DNA from: Sedimentisphaerales bacterium
Lineage (GTDB): Bacteria > Planctomycetota > Phycisphaerae > Sedimentisphaerales > SM23-30
NCBI GenBank assembly: GCA_963663965.2
Contig: CAXXFK010000001.1
Coordinates: forward strand, 256,001 to 320,000
DNA length: 64,000 nucleotides
Direction: 5' to 3'
The translations under genes and the position numbers were made by a program. Every line of letters starts with the position of its first letter. Within the stretch, counting starts at the first letter, position 1. Shown here piece after piece: positions 40,225-52,310 of this stretch. The notes under the pieces were generated by a model that saw nothing but the letters and a program-made list of their open reading frames with translations, was not told the origin of the DNA and searched no databases.

Positions 40225-40842
40225 TTAATCGTAATCGGCCACCCGATCTCCCGTACGAATCTTATCAACCAACCGGCGGATCTGTTGATCTAATACCCGC
40301 GATTGAGACAGTTCCGGCAAATTGTCTGGATCGAAAAAATCCAGTTCACTGGATTCCAGATTAGCTTTCGGCGCCCCACCGGTAATTTCACAGTGAAAGA
40401 ATACCTTCCAGGCATGATAAGGAAACGGCGGGAGATGTCCTTGTTTTTCCCGATCCAGAAGCGCCAGCAATCCGACAACCCGGCATTGAAATCCGGTTTC
40501 TTCGGCCACTTCCCGCATCACCGCCTGGGCCGGGGTTTCATTGACATCAGCCCATCCTCCCGGTAAGGCCCATCGTCCCTGGTCCATATCTTCACGGATC
40601 AGCATAATCCGGTCACCTCGCAATATCACCGCCCGGGTATCGACCTTGGGGGTAGCATAACCAAATTCCGCAGTCTGCCATCGCAGGATGGTCTCCGGAT
40701 CCAGGCCGGAACCTCCCGCCATAATCTCAGCGGCAATCTGGCCGAGCCGTTCATAACGCTGCCGGTCAAAAGGATCGGAAGCATAATGCCCTCCGATCTG
40801 GCTGATCGATAGCAATTCCCGTGCGATTGTTAGCCAATCCAT
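40225..40842 (-). CDS. NUDIX hydrolase (ADP-ribose pyrophosphatase-like)
   Basis: GYATPKVD.R, WALPGGWAD..E....REVAEETG Nudix box. Confidence 0.92.
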   Translation of the reverse strand: MDWLTIARELLSISQIGGHYASDPFDRQRYERLGQIAAEIMAGGSGLDPETILRWQTAEFGYATPKVDTRAVILRGDRIMLIREDMDQGRWALPGGWADVNETPAQAVMREVAEETGFQCRVVGLLALLDREKQGHLPPFPYHAWKVFFHCEITGGAPKANLESSELDFFDPDNLPELSQSRVLDQQIRRLVDKIRTGDRVADYD

Positions 40843-41110
40843 ACGATGATTCCTGTATTATTCGGTCCAGAAGTTGAAAGGCTCTTGATGTTCCACTGCA
40901 CTATGTCAAATTTATCGAATAAATCAAGTTTTATCCGTTTTAGTACGGGCCGAAAAACCATTGGATCGCCGTTAAATCCCATTTTGTTAGCCAATACAGG
41001 CTTTTTTCGCTTTGATTTTTTACCGATATATCCCTATAATGGCCCTTCTAACTGGGCCGCAATGCCCCAATCTTACATAACTTCATAAAATAAAAGCTTT
41101 TATAATCCTC

Positions 41111-41195
41111 GGAGGAGTGGCCGAGCGGCTAAAGGCGGCGGTCTTGAAAACCGTTGTACCGAAAGGTACCGGGGGTTCGAATCCCTCCTCCTCCG
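41111..41195 (+). tRNA. tRNA-Ser (anticodon TGA), CCA not encoded
   Basis: GGAGGAG/CTCCTCC acceptor stem, anticodon loop CTTGAAA, long variable arm GTACC-GAAA-GGTAC, GGTTCGAATCC; TTGATT-N17-TATAAT at 41012-41040. Confidence 0.96.
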
Positions 41196-41204
41196 CTTAT
41201 GACT

Positions 41205-41244
41205 GGCATTGTCAGGAGTTGACTGGCAATGCCTTTCTTCTTTT
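41205..41244 (+). terminator. Rho-independent terminator after tRNA-Ser
   Basis: GGCATTGTCAG/CTGGCAATGCC stem plus a T-rich tail. Confidence 0.7.
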
Positions 41245-41456
41245 ATTTCCAACGGGTTACGCAAATCACTTGAAGCAACTTCAGATTCATCTGGATTGCC
41301 CATTGATGACAGACACTGACTATCAAGGTAAGCCGTTTGGTCTGGATTTGGTCTTGGAATCTCCATGACTCTCTGACCTTTTAGGGTATATGTCTGCAAG
41401 GGCGGGAAGGGTATTAAAGTCTAATCCGTTCTTTAGCAACACTGAGGGGTGAACTT

Positions 41457-42100
41457 TTATTGTCCAATATCAGTCTTAGGAGCATTCTGCGGTTGATATC
41501 GACCTTCAGCGATCATATTGCTTAAATAGGATTGTGCGATTTCATGGCCTTGATCCGCTGCTTTTTTCAGCCATTTTACCGCTTCGGCATCGTCCTGGGG
41601 CAGGTCATGACCTGATGCGTACATCATTCCCAGAATAAGCTGAGCGGCCATCATCCCTTGTTCCGCCGCTTTTTGGTACCATTTCGCCGCCTCATAGCTG
41701 TCTTTCGCAACCCCCTGCCCCTGGCATACATCCAGCCTAAATTATAACAGGCGGAGATATTACCTCCCTCCGCCGCCTTAAGAAATTCCTTTAAGGTCTC
41801 ACCATCATCCTGTAACGCCCCCTGATCCGTGTCAAATCGCACCTCCAGATTATCCCGAACGGCCTTGTCAATAGACGATTTCGAATTCTGTCTTCTCCCA
41901 TTACCTTCGTCTTTTGGTCCCGCAGGCGGCTGTTCTTGACTTGATTTTGATTCATCATCAAGCATATTCCGGTCATATTCTGAAAGTGAAGAAAGAGGGT
42001 TTTGTTTCATACGCTGATTTATAATCAATCCAATCAATACCGTAACAACAAAAACAACCGCCACTATCATAATATATTCCAACGGTAAATCACCTAACAT
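41457..42100 (-). CDS. Membrane-anchored Sel1-repeat protein (frameshifted near 41710)
   Basis: A.YNLGWMY..G.G and AQ..LGMMY.SG...QD.AEAVKW.KKAADQG split over two ORFs. Confidence 0.72.
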
Positions 42101-42410
42101 ATTTAACCCCCATTAAATATTGATACTAAATCAGGGTATCTTTGTAATTTGATGCTTGCGACAAAAGTTGCTGTTTCCAAGTAAAAAAAGAGTTTATGAC
42201 TCAAAAACAACGCTCCAAAATACTTTTGACGCCGACGTCTAATTTGTTCCTTGATTGGTCTCATTTGTTTTTTTTAGCTTCAAACCTCAATCAGATTCCT
42301 GTTATCCGTGCCAGATAATTTCTGATACCTCTTACACCCTTTTTATGTTCCCCCAAATCGCATATGTAATACCAACATAAATCAACCCTTCTCACTTCAA
42401 AGTGAATAAA

Positions 42411-43469
42411 TCAGTTTTGACTTAAGTTTTCAAGCAGGAACTTCTTGTCTTTTTGATTGATCGCCAGCACCGACCCATGCCGGACTGGATTGAAAGGAAA
42501 TTTCATGTCCTGACCCTTGACAAAATTGCCTTCACTGAGGTTATCCGTTTCATAGGCCTGATAGCCCCGGCCCCGGCTGTACCAATCCAGCAGCAGGCAC
42601 CATCTGGCATTTTTACCCTCGCCGGCCGGCTCGATCATAAAGCAGGCCGGCCCTTCATAGCCTCTCAATTGGGCCAGTGAAAACGGTTCGACTTCCTTCC
42701 AGCCTTCCATCAGCTTCTCACTGGTTTCCATCGTGATCGCCTTGAATTTTTCATCCTTGGTAAAACGATAATACCGGCCATTGTCATTGATGATGGTCGT
42801 GTCGATGACCGTTGTCGGTTTTTCGATATAGACAAACGGTTTACTGAAGGTCTTGAAATCCTTGGAATGGGTTGCCCAGATGCGATGCTTACTAAACTGG
42901 TCATCCGCCGTCTTGGACGCCCAGAAGACCATATACTCGCCACGTTCGGCATCATAAACCGCCTCCGGAGCCCAGGTACACCCGGCGTTATCCGGGGCCA
43001 CCTTCACCAGTCGCGGTTCAGACCATTTGACCAGGTTCTCCGACTCCCAGATAACAATGGATTGACTTGCGGCGGTCTGGGCGCGATGCCAATCGCCATT
43101 GAGATGAATGGACAGGTCTGTAGCAATGATGTAATACCGGCTGTTATCATGCGCGCGCAGAATATAAGGATCCCGCACCCCCTTCTCGCCTACCGTACTG
43201 ACCAGAACCGGCTTGCCACCATTGAGCGCCTGCCAGTCACGCCCATCGTCACTGACCATAAAATAGATCTGCTCAGTCATAGGGGTGGCCTCACCCCGGA
43301 ATGTCACAAAAAGGAAACCGTCCTCAGCAGCCTGCGCCAGTACCGGGTTTATGGTCAATATAAACAAGAAAAGGCAAACAAAACAGGTTCTGACGATCCA
43401 TTTCAAATGCACTGGATGGAATAATTCAGAAGTGATGTCATTTGACCATGCTTTAGCTGAATAGCTCAT
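42411..43469 (-). CDS. Secreted GH43-family glycoside hydrolase
   Basis: GVRDPYI.R, IATDL, WAPE, IDTT, YEGP, RHGSV motifs. Confidence 0.88.
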   Translation of the reverse strand: MSYSAKAWSNDITSELFHPVHLKWIVRTCFVCLFLFILTINPVLAQAAEDGFLFVTFRGEATPMTEQIYFMVSDDGRDWQALNGGKPVLVSTVGEKGVRDPYILRAHDNSRYYIIATDLSIHLNGDWHRAQTAASQSIVIWESENLVKWSEPRLVKVAPDNAGCTWAPEAVYDAERGEYMVFWASKTADDQFSKHRIWATHSKDFKTFSKPFVYIEKPTTVIDTTIINDNGRYYRFTKDEKFKAITMETSEKLMEGWKEVEPFSLAQLRGYEGPACFMIEPAGEGKNARWCLLLDWYSRGRGYQAYETDNLSEGNFVKGQDMKFPFNPVRHGSVLAINQKDKKFLLENLSQN

Positions 43470-43633
43470 ATGCGATACCTCGAATCAAAAAGCTTCAATC
43501 GTTCCTTACGTAAGCAACTATAATCTTCTTTCTCATGATAGCAAGGTAGATTATATCAAAACACAACAACCGCCGCCAGAGTTTTAAATCCTGATGCCGG
43601 TATCCTGTGTATCTTCAACTACATACGTTACAT

Positions 43634-44808
43634 TCACCTGGTCAGCCGGTATATTTCGCTGCCGGCCAGCAGAAACGCCCCCACACCATAATCATCGAAA
43701 TCGGGCGCTTTATCCCAGGTCACCGGCTGGCCGGCGGATGGATCCTTGCCGGTACCCTGAACGTAACCGAGAAAACCGTTGTCATGCAGGCTGTCGGTGA
43801 TCAAGGCGTGCCAGCCCTGGAGAGCCGCCGGTAGATAGCGTTTCTTTTCCAGCAAACCGTTTCTGACTCCCCAGGCAAAACCATAGGTAAAAAAGGCGGT
43901 TCCAGTAGTCTCTTTCCCGCCAAAATGGGTTGGATCGTGCAGGCTGACATTCCAGAAGCCATCCGGTCGCTGTACCCCCGATCAAAGCAGCAGCCATTTC
44001 TTTAAAGGTTTTGACATATTCCTCACGGTGCGGGGCATCGACAGGCATCACATCAAGCACACGTACCAGGGCGGCGAAAACCCAGCCATTACCGCGAGAC
44101 CAGTAGCAATCCTCGCCGTTGGGGCTCCTGATAAGGCGGATCATAATCCTTGTCGCGCCACCACAAATGATCCTCAGGGTTATACAGCCCGCTGGTTCCG
44201 TGCGTCGTTTTGGTATACATATAAATGCTATACATTTTTTTCGTAGTACCGGTCATCATCATAAAGTACGCCCAGCCGGGCATAAACCGGCATGGCCATC
44301 TGCAACGCGTCTATCCACCACCAGTCATCATTCTCAGGATTGCTTACGATATAATCGATATTGGCTTTAATATTTGCGATCCGCTCCGGTTGGGGATCGA
44401 TCTTATACAGATCGATATAGGTCTGCCCGCAGCACTGATCATCGGCGTTACGGGTCTGGTTGCCGCTGCGCATGCCCCATTTTGTGCTTTTCACCCCACT
44501 CGACCGCATAATCATAATAACGCGGTTGCGGATCGATTGCGTACAGCGCCATCAGGCCTTCGTAATAAGTGCCGCGCGTCCAGATATTACTGGGCCGGGA
44601 GCGATTCGTGACAATGGGCTGGCCGGGATCGGGATGCTGCCCCCATAAAATAATCGTTGGCCCGTTGCATATCGGACAACACCTCTGCCTTACCGGGCAT
44701 ACCGGAACCGGTCAACCCGGCAAAACGGGAGCAGGACACGCCCGCCAGGGTGAATACCACAATCAGAACGCCTTGCATTGTCCAACGTAAGTTTCTGTAG
44801 AACGGCAT
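43634..44808 (-). pseudogene. GH88/GH105-family hydrolase, split into several frames
   Basis: Fragments carry ADDQCCGQTY, WWWIDALQM, LWWRD, WSRGNGWV, GVGAFLLAGSE. Confidence 0.78.
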
Positions 44809-44875
44809 AATGCTTCCTTTCTATTACCTGGGATAGATTTTTGTTTTTACGTTATCCTCAATTACTTTGAATAAT

Positions 44876-47800
44876 TCACTCTACGGGGGTGTGGCCACAT
44901 TCCGGGTCAATATCTAAAACCGGTTTGGCAACACCATAAGGTGCCCAGGGAGCAACAAAATGATACTGCCCTGACTGAATTTTGAAAACAAGATTGTTTT
45001 CCCACCGATCCAAGACTGGTCACACCCTCCGCGTTGGACACATTAATCCCGGATTCCAGCACCTGATCAAGCTCCCGGCCCGGGATGAATACCGTGGCGG
45101 TTGTGTTGGGGGGAATCCTCACATCCAGAATAAAATGATCTTCCAGGATTTTCCAGTTTGAAACGATCTGTCCCCGAATGGAACGATAGGAGGTATTCGC
45201 CCAGGTCATTTGTTTATCAGGCTGGGGCTGAATCAGGATCTTTTTAAATCCGGGACCATCGGTTTTGATGCCCCCGATATTTTCATAAATCCATTGGCAT
45301 ACCGCTCCGAATGAGTAGTGCGCGAAAGAGTTCATGCCGGGATCGGCAAATCCTTCCTCAGGGGTCCAGCCGTTCCATCGTTCCCAGATGGAGGTGGCGC
45401 CGTGCCTGATGGTAAATCCCCAGGAAGGAAACGTGTCATTATACAGCAATTGATACGCCTTGTCATTACGACCGATCTTCGCCAGTACCAGCATCAGATC
45501 CTTGGTCCCGACAAAGCCGGTGGAAAGGTGGTTCTTGCACTGCTCAATCCGGCGAATCAGATGGCCTGCCGCCTGTTTCTGCTTCGCCTCATCCAGCAAG
45601 TCACAGGCAATCGCCAAAACATACCCCGCCTGAGTATCGCCTTTAATCTTGCCATCCGGTTCCACAAAGGCCGGTTAAAGGAGGCCTTGATCTGATCAAA
45701 CAAGGCGTTATAAACGACCGCATCATCCTGCCTGCCGAGAACGCCAGCGATATGGGCCAGCAGCCGGGTACAATGCCCGAAACAGGCCAGATAAATCACA
45801 TCGTGCGGCGTATCATCATTGATATTCAGCCAGTCGCCAAAGCAGTGGAATTTCTCCGGAGGTAACAGTTCATCAGTACAACGCTTTCGATTGAATTCAA
45901 CAAACCGCTTCATGGCGTCGTAATGATCCGCCAGAATCCGCGTGTCACCATACATACGATAAATCGTCCAGGGACAGATCACCCCGGCATCGGCCCCAGG
46001 CCGGACCGCCATCGGTGGTATTCACTCTCAACGGCGCGTAACGGGGGAACTGACCATCATCCCGCTGGGCATCAGCCAGGTCAACCAGCCATTTGGTAAA
46101 GAATGCCTGAACATCATTATTATAACAAGCCGTATTGATATAAACCTGGGCATCGCCGGTCCAGCCCAGCCGTTCATCCCGCTGCGGACAGTCCGTTGGA
46201 ATATCGATAAAATTCATACGCTGGGTCCAGAGCGCGTTGGACCGGAGTTTGTTGACCATAGGATTGGAACATTCAAACGTTCCGGCCAATAGTGTATCGC
46301 TACTGAGCGCCAGACCGGTCAGGGCCTCCAGGGATGGCCTCTCATCCAGGCCTGAGATTTCCACATATTGAAAACCATGAAAAGTGAAACAGGGCTGCCA
46401 GATTTCTTCCCCACCGCCTCTACAGATATAGAGATCGGTCGCTGCCGCAGTGCGCAGGTTTGTGGTATAGAGTGTGCCATCTGGATTAAGCCGCTCGGCA
46501 TGACGAACCTGGATTTTCTGACCGGAGTTGCCTTTCACCCGGATCCGCACCACACCGGCAAAATTCTGCCCCATATCGAAAATATACCGCCCCCCTGACG
46601 GGTTCAGTAACCGAAACCGGTTTAATAGATGCAAATGCTACGACCGGTTCACTGACAGCCGCCTGAACCTGCGGATTTACTTCAGTATCGCCAACAATAA
46701 CCGGTTGCCAGCTTGATTCATCAAAATCGGCTGTATCCCAACCGGGCATTTCTTTCCGGGCATCGTAACATTCGCCTTGTAACAGATCCGCATATTGAAC
46801 CGGTCCCACTGACGCCTTCCAATCCCCACCCGAGGCGATAACCTGGGTAGTACCATCGTCATATTCGATATTGATCTGGGCCAGCAGCCGGGTCTTACGG
46901 CCATAATGGTTGCGGCGCAGACTACCACCCACATAGCCGGCATACCAGCCATCCGCCAGAACCGCGCCAATGGCGTTGTGACCATCTTGCAGACGGTTGG
47001 TGACATCATAGGTACGATAATAAATCCGCTTGCGGTAATCTGTCCAGCCGGGAGATAAATAATCCTCTGAAACGCGCTGACCATTGATAAACACCTGATA
47101 AATTCCCAAGGAAGTAACATACAGACTGGCATGTTTGATGGGTTTATCCTGTATCCCGAATTCTTTGCGAAAATAGCGCGCTGGTGGCAAAATCCGCTCG
47201 ATCGGCCTGGTCTGCTGCCAGGGCGCCATTCCAAGAGGACCGAGTTCGCTGGCCTGGCTCCAGGAGGAGTCATCGTAATTGGCATCCTGCCACCCCCGGC
47301 TGTTCATCCGTACAAACCAGCCAACGGCTATCCGATGTAAATTCAATCATCTGACCATCTTCCGATACGATTCGTACGGCAGCCAGGAACCCGGCCGGGG
47401 ATGGCCCAGTCCCTTCATTGCCGCCCGAAATGCCAGACTGTTTCGCCCCGGTTTGAGATAATCGGCCAGGGTGATATCATAGATAAAATTGCGGTTACGG
47501 AAAGAGCGAATCAGACTGCCATTCAGATATAACTGGATGGTATCATCCGCGGTAAAATAACACACGGCGTTTTTTGTAATCCAGTCGGCTGGAAGCTCAA
47601 ATGTTTTCCTGAAATATCGTACAGCCGGTGGAACCCGTTCATTGGCTTTAGTCTCGGACCAGATCCAGCGGGCGCGCTGGATAAACTCCGGCGCAGGAAC
47701 AGGCTGATCATCCAGGTCATATCCGATCCAGTCTGCCTGCCAGTCATCCTGTCTGAGCAATCCCATCGACCATTTCGCGGGTTGGCTCCAACCGGATGGA

Positions 47801-48181
47801 GAGTCCATTTTCATCCCAAATCCGAACCTTCCAGAAATATTCGGTAGCGGTTCGCAGCGGTTTGCCATCGTAGACGATTGCGGTCGTTTCATCGCCTGGT
47901 ACTTTTCCGGAATCCCAGACATCCGCATCATGATTCTTGAGCGATTGAAGATCGGAAGCAACCAGAATTTGAAAACTCGTTTGGACCTGGCCTCGCCGGT
48001 CGGATTGGAGTATCCAGCTTAACCGGGGAGCAGTCACATCGATCCCGGCAGGATCCACCCGGTATTCACAACGAAGTGACGCAATAGTCAGACCATGGTT
48101 CTCCCGCTCCAGAAGCGATTGGCAACCGGCGCCTACAAATAGAATCACCGAGCAGATCGTAAAAAATAACTTTTGCCTCAT
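44876..48181 (-). pseudogene. GH78 alpha-L-rhamnosidase, split into several frames
   Basis: Fragments: LRCEY..PRLSW, WDSGKV, PGWTDY.KR, DMGQNF.G, FHGFQYVE, PTDCPQRDERLGWTGDA, GATSIWERW, MNSFAHY. Confidence 0.85.
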
Positions 48182-48319
48182 CTGGATACTCTCCCTGGAA
48201 ATTATAGAACCAAGTATACCTTCGGTCAAAATCACATGACGACAGCTATTATAATCATACCGGGCAGTTCTGCCAACGTAAACTGCCCGTTGCAGCAGAA
48301 AATCGTATTATCAGGCGTT

Positions 48320-48892
48320 AACGATCCAAAATGGTTGCCGACCGAACAAATATGTTATCCAGAGTATTTTGCGTACCTGCTCATCCGTCAGTTGACTTGA
48401 TCAGAGCATCTGCCTTTGTGGTATCAACAGTCGAAACAACCGAAACTACTGAATGGATCTTCACCTTTTCTCCCGTTGACCTGATGTCTTCAAAGTTGTT
48501 TCGTCAGCCACCTCAAGACTGCTGATCGCAATCATCATTATTCAAATTAATGTTCACATACACAAACTATTCCATCGATTACGGATATCCATGTCGATCG
48601 TTATATCCCTTATCGCGTTCTCCGTCATTTTCAGAAAAATTGGGCCTGCTCTGACAGTCAGAACAGGCCCGGCATCTCATTTGAGAAGTCAGCCAATGTT
48701 AGATTATTTAAGTCAGTTGCAACCTTCCGCCGTATTCGTACAGGCCAGCCAGAATATCGCCTGCCATCCATGGCCATCTACCAATAAAACAAACACTTTA
48801 AATCCAAGAAATGCGATCAATAACCACACCAACACGATTCCGACCTTATCCCCCTTCTCAAACTTCCTGGTTTTAACCGGTTTCTTTTTCAT
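48320..48892 (-). pseudogene. Disrupted hypothetical membrane protein
   Basis: ATG 48892 MKKKPVKTRKFEK followed by a hydrophobic stretch in a shifted frame; several further breaks. Confidence 0.3.
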
Positions 48893-48896
48893 AAGG

Positions 48897-49999
48897 TTAA
48901 TCCGACACTTTCTGAGTCGGTACCGGTGTCAGCAAACCAATCCGCCACTGGAACTGACCGTAATTCTTCCCGGACTTATCTTTTTCCCCGCATGCCCTGA
49001 AACAGAAACTTCAGATCCTCGGGATCATACGGTTAATGTCTCATCAACGCCGTCCCGGATCAGTTCACCATGACTGATATTATCTGTCCATGGTTCAACT
49101 CCTTCAGCCGGACGGATATTTACCCATCCGGCAAACGGTTTTTCAGCGGTATCGGCAACAGGAATCCACTCGCCATCCAGACGATCCGCCAGATAGGCCT
49201 TGTAGTAGCGTCGACCGTTCTCCTCAATAATAGTCAGGTATTGGTCCATGCCCTTGAGTTTATAGGTATGGCTGGCTTCAAAAACCCTGGCCTCAAGCGC
49301 AAGTTCACAGTGATCGAATCCTTCAGGAAAATCTTCCAGCCGAGTCGATAAGCGCCACATTTGACCATTCAAACTGGTCAGAAACAGATACGCCCTCTGA
49401 TCATCGCAAATAATCCAGTAATCCAGGCCCCCAACCGTGCGCGGATCATTTTCCCCGCCATCGAGCATGGGCCGGGCCTGCGTCCATGAACCGGGATCGG
49501 CAATTTCGGTCGTCGTGGAATAAGCTACCCACATCTTTTTCGATCCGGGCACCCCGACCTGGTACACCAGATACCATTTCTTATGCGGCCTGAAGAAAAA
49601 CACCTGCGGCGCGCAGTAATAATCACTTTGACTGACAGTAAGAATGGTACGCTTAGAACTGTCAGCGGCCTCCCATTTTTCAAATGAGCAATACTCGATA
49701 ACCGATTTGCCCTCCAGCTTGACGGTCATAAAGACATGCCATTTCCCGCCATAGAAAACCACAGTCGGATCTTTCTGCGCGTGACTGATGTTCTTGTCGC
49801 GCTTCTCCGGACTGATCAGCGGCCGGCTATACTCCCACATCCGGGGCGCCTCAAAATTTTGTTTCTCCTCGTCGATACGAGCTTCCCGTTTGATTTCAGC
49901 TTGTGCCAATACCGCCGCTGGTTGAACTATATCCAGACCCAAGCCACAAACCAAAACCAGACTTAAAACAGCCAAGCTATAAACAGACCTCATGGCCAT
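48897..49999 (-). CDS. GH62-like non-reducing-end alpha-L-arabinofuranosidase (C-terminal frameshifts)
   Basis: KDPTVV, CAPQVF.F, DYWIICD, FEASHTYK, SHGELIRDG; the tail DP.DLKFLFQG..WRIGLL lies in other frames. Confidence 0.75.
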
Positions 50000-50059
50000 C
50001 CCCTATATATTACAACAGTTGTTGATTTTAACAATGCGTTCTTATATTTTTATCTCCAT

Positions 50060-50671
50060 TTAAACGAAATGCAAATAAGGCAGCTTCTCCGCCGTCTCCT
50101 GTATCGGCTTCAGGTTCCCCAGCAATTGCGCCGTCGTATCCCAGGTACCTTCCACCAGCGTCTTGCGCGATGATTCCGGCATAGTAATCGCCACTTCACG
50201 GCCCTCGCAATGGACTACCTTATTTTCCAGATCGATCTGGATCATCGCGGCCGGATTTGCCGTCACCGCCTGCTGCAGCCACTCAATATCAGCCTGCGCC
50301 GCCGTCACCGCCGGTACTCCCAGCGCCGTACAGTTCCCCGCGAAAATCTCCGCGAATGACTCGCCAATGATCCCGCGCATTCCGAACCGGACCAGCGCCT
50401 GGGGCGCGTGCTCACGCGAGGAGCCGCAGCCAAAATTCTTATTCACAATCAGAATCGAGCCACCGGCGTACGCCTCATCATTAAATGGATGCGCCTTCAG
50501 ATTGCCTTCCGCGTCAAACCGCACATCGTAAAAGGCGTACTGCTCCAGCCCGTCAAAAGTAATGCACTTCATAAACCGCGCCGGGATGATCCGGTCGGTA
50601 TCGATATCGTTACCGGGTACCGGTATCCCGGTCCCGGCCAGTTGTTTACGTTGCATTTCATTCGCACTCAT
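50060..50671 (-). CDS. leuD: 3-isopropylmalate dehydratase small subunit
   Basis: DIDTDRIIPARF, NFGCGSSREHAP, SFAEIF.GN. Confidence 0.96.
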   Translation of the reverse strand: MSANEMQRKQLAGTGIPVPGNDIDTDRIIPARFMKCITFDGLEQYAFYDVRFDAEGNLKAHPFNDEAYAGGSILIVNKNFGCGSSREHAPQALVRFGMRGIIGESFAEIFAGNCTALGVPAVTAAQADIEWLQQAVTANPAAMIQIDLENKVVHCEGREVAITMPESSRKTLVEGTWDTTAQLLGNLKPIQETAEKLPYLHFV

Positions 50672-50687
50672 ATCGGTATCCTTATCA

Positions 50688-52091
50688 TTATTTAATCATC
50701 GTTCTCACGTCAGTCACCACACCATAGATCGCCGCCGCCGCCACCATCGCCGGGCTCATCAACAAGGTCCGCCCTTTCGGCGAGCCCTGACGCCCAATGA
50801 AGTTCCGGTTCGATGAAGACGCCGAGATCTGTCGCCCCTGCAGCTTATCCGGATTCATCGCCAGGCACATCGAACAACCCGCGCCGCGCCAGCCAAAGCC
50901 GGCCTCACTGAAGATCTTATCCAGTCCTTCGCTCTCCGCCTGCTGCGCCACTTGTTGCGAACCCGGCACCACCAACGCCTTGACATGCCCGGCGACTTGA
51001 CGCCCTTTGACAATCTTGGCTGCCTCACGCAGGTCGCTGATCCGGCCATTGGTACAAGACCCGATAAACGCGACGTCGATCTTAACACCCTGGATCGACT
51101 GTCCCGGTTTCAGATCCATATGCTCATAAGCCAGTTCCGCTGTCTGACGCTCATCCGGCGTCATGGTCTGCGGATCGGGCAGCTGCTGACCCACCCCCAC
51201 CGCCTGACCCGGATTTATGCCCCAGGTCACCATCGGCTCGATATCATCCGCGTGATAATTGATGGTATCGTCATAGTCCGCGTCCGCACCCGATGCGATC
51301 GAACGCCAGAACGCCACCGCCTTATCGAACGCCTCACCCTGCGGCGCGTAAGGCCGGCCCTTGATATACTCAAAGGTGGTCTCGTCCGGGTTGACATAGC
51401 CCACCCGCGCGCCGCCTTCGATACTCATATTACAGATCGACATCCGCGCTTCCATACTCAACGCCGCGATGGCCTCACCGGCATATTCATAGGCATAGCC
51501 AATCCCGCCCTTCACACCCAGCTTGCTGATAATATACAGAATAATATCCTTGGAATAGACCCCCGGCTTCAGCCGGCCATCCACCTGGATCTTACGGACT
51601 TTCGGCTTGCTCATCGCCAGTGTCTGTGTGGCCAAGACATCGCGGATCTGGGTGGTGCCTATCCCAAAGCCGATCGCGCCAAACGCGCCATGCGTGGAGG
51701 TATGCGAATCGCCGCACGCGATGGTCAGGCCCGGCTGGGTCAGACCCAGCTCCGGTCCGATCACATGCACAATGCCCTGTTTGCCGCTTTTCAGGTCAAA
51801 TAGCTCGATCCCATGCTCACGCGTGTTCTGTTCCAGCGCCACCATCATTTTTTCTGCCAGTGAATCGCCAAACGGCCGTTGCTGTTTCTCCGTCGGCACA
51901 ATATGATCCGCCGTCGCAAAGGTACGCCCCGGATACAACACCTTCAAACCGCGCTCTTTCAACATCGCAAACGCCTGTGGCGAGGTCACTTCGTGAATCA
52001 GGTGCAGTCCGATAAACAACTGTGTCTGACCCGAAGGCAGCGTCGCGACAGTATGCAAATCCCAGATTTTATCGAACAGGTTTTTTGACAT
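50688..52091 (-). CDS. leuC: 3-isopropylmalate dehydratase large subunit
   Basis: [49 protein letters not shown]. Confidence 0.97.
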   Translation of the reverse strand: MSKNLFDKIWDLHTVATLPSGQTQLFIGLHLIHEVTSPQAFAMLKERGLKVLYPGRTFATADHIVPTEKQQRPFGDSLAEKMMVALEQNTREHGIELFDLKSGKQGIVHVIGPELGLTQPGLTIACGDSHTSTHGAFGAIGFGIGTTQIRDVLATQTLAMSKPKVRKIQVDGRLKPGVYSKDIILYIISKLGVKGGIGYAYEYAGEAIAALSMEARMSICNMSIEGGARVGYVNPDETTFEYIKGRPYAPQGEAFDKAVAFWRSIASGADADYDDTINYHADDIEPMVTWGINPGQAVGVGQQLPDPQTMTPDERQTAELAYEHMDLKPGQSIQGVKIDVAFIGSCTNGRISDLREAAKIVKGRQVAGHVKALVVPGSQQVAQQAESEGLDKIFSEAGFGWRGAGCSMCLAMNPDKLQGRQISASSSNRNFIGRQGSPKGRTLLMSPAMVAAAAIYGVVTDVRTMIK

Positions 52092-52310
52092 AAGCTCCAC
52101 CATTCTAAGGAGTTATTATTACTTCAAGTTCCGGCGGCCGGCCATTGGCCGCCTCTTCGATGGATTATAGAACACCCACCTCCAGAATGCAAATTATCTA
52201 ATTATACCCTTTACAATTGAATTGTCCCGATACGCTGTGAGATAAATAGTTGATGAGTAATAAGTTAAATTTCGAGCGATCAGGATTTTTCATACCCATT
52301 GGGTATAGTT

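Noticed and set aside
41100..41399. ORFs 41100-41399 and 41117-41368
   Set aside because: They overlap the tRNA-Ser gene and its terminator
48591..49073. 160-aa plus-strand ORF
   Set aside because: Antisense to the GH62-like tail and a disrupted minus-strand gene; no motif support
50952..51803. 283-aa plus-strand ORF
   Set aside because: Antisense to leuC; expected from GC-rich codon bias
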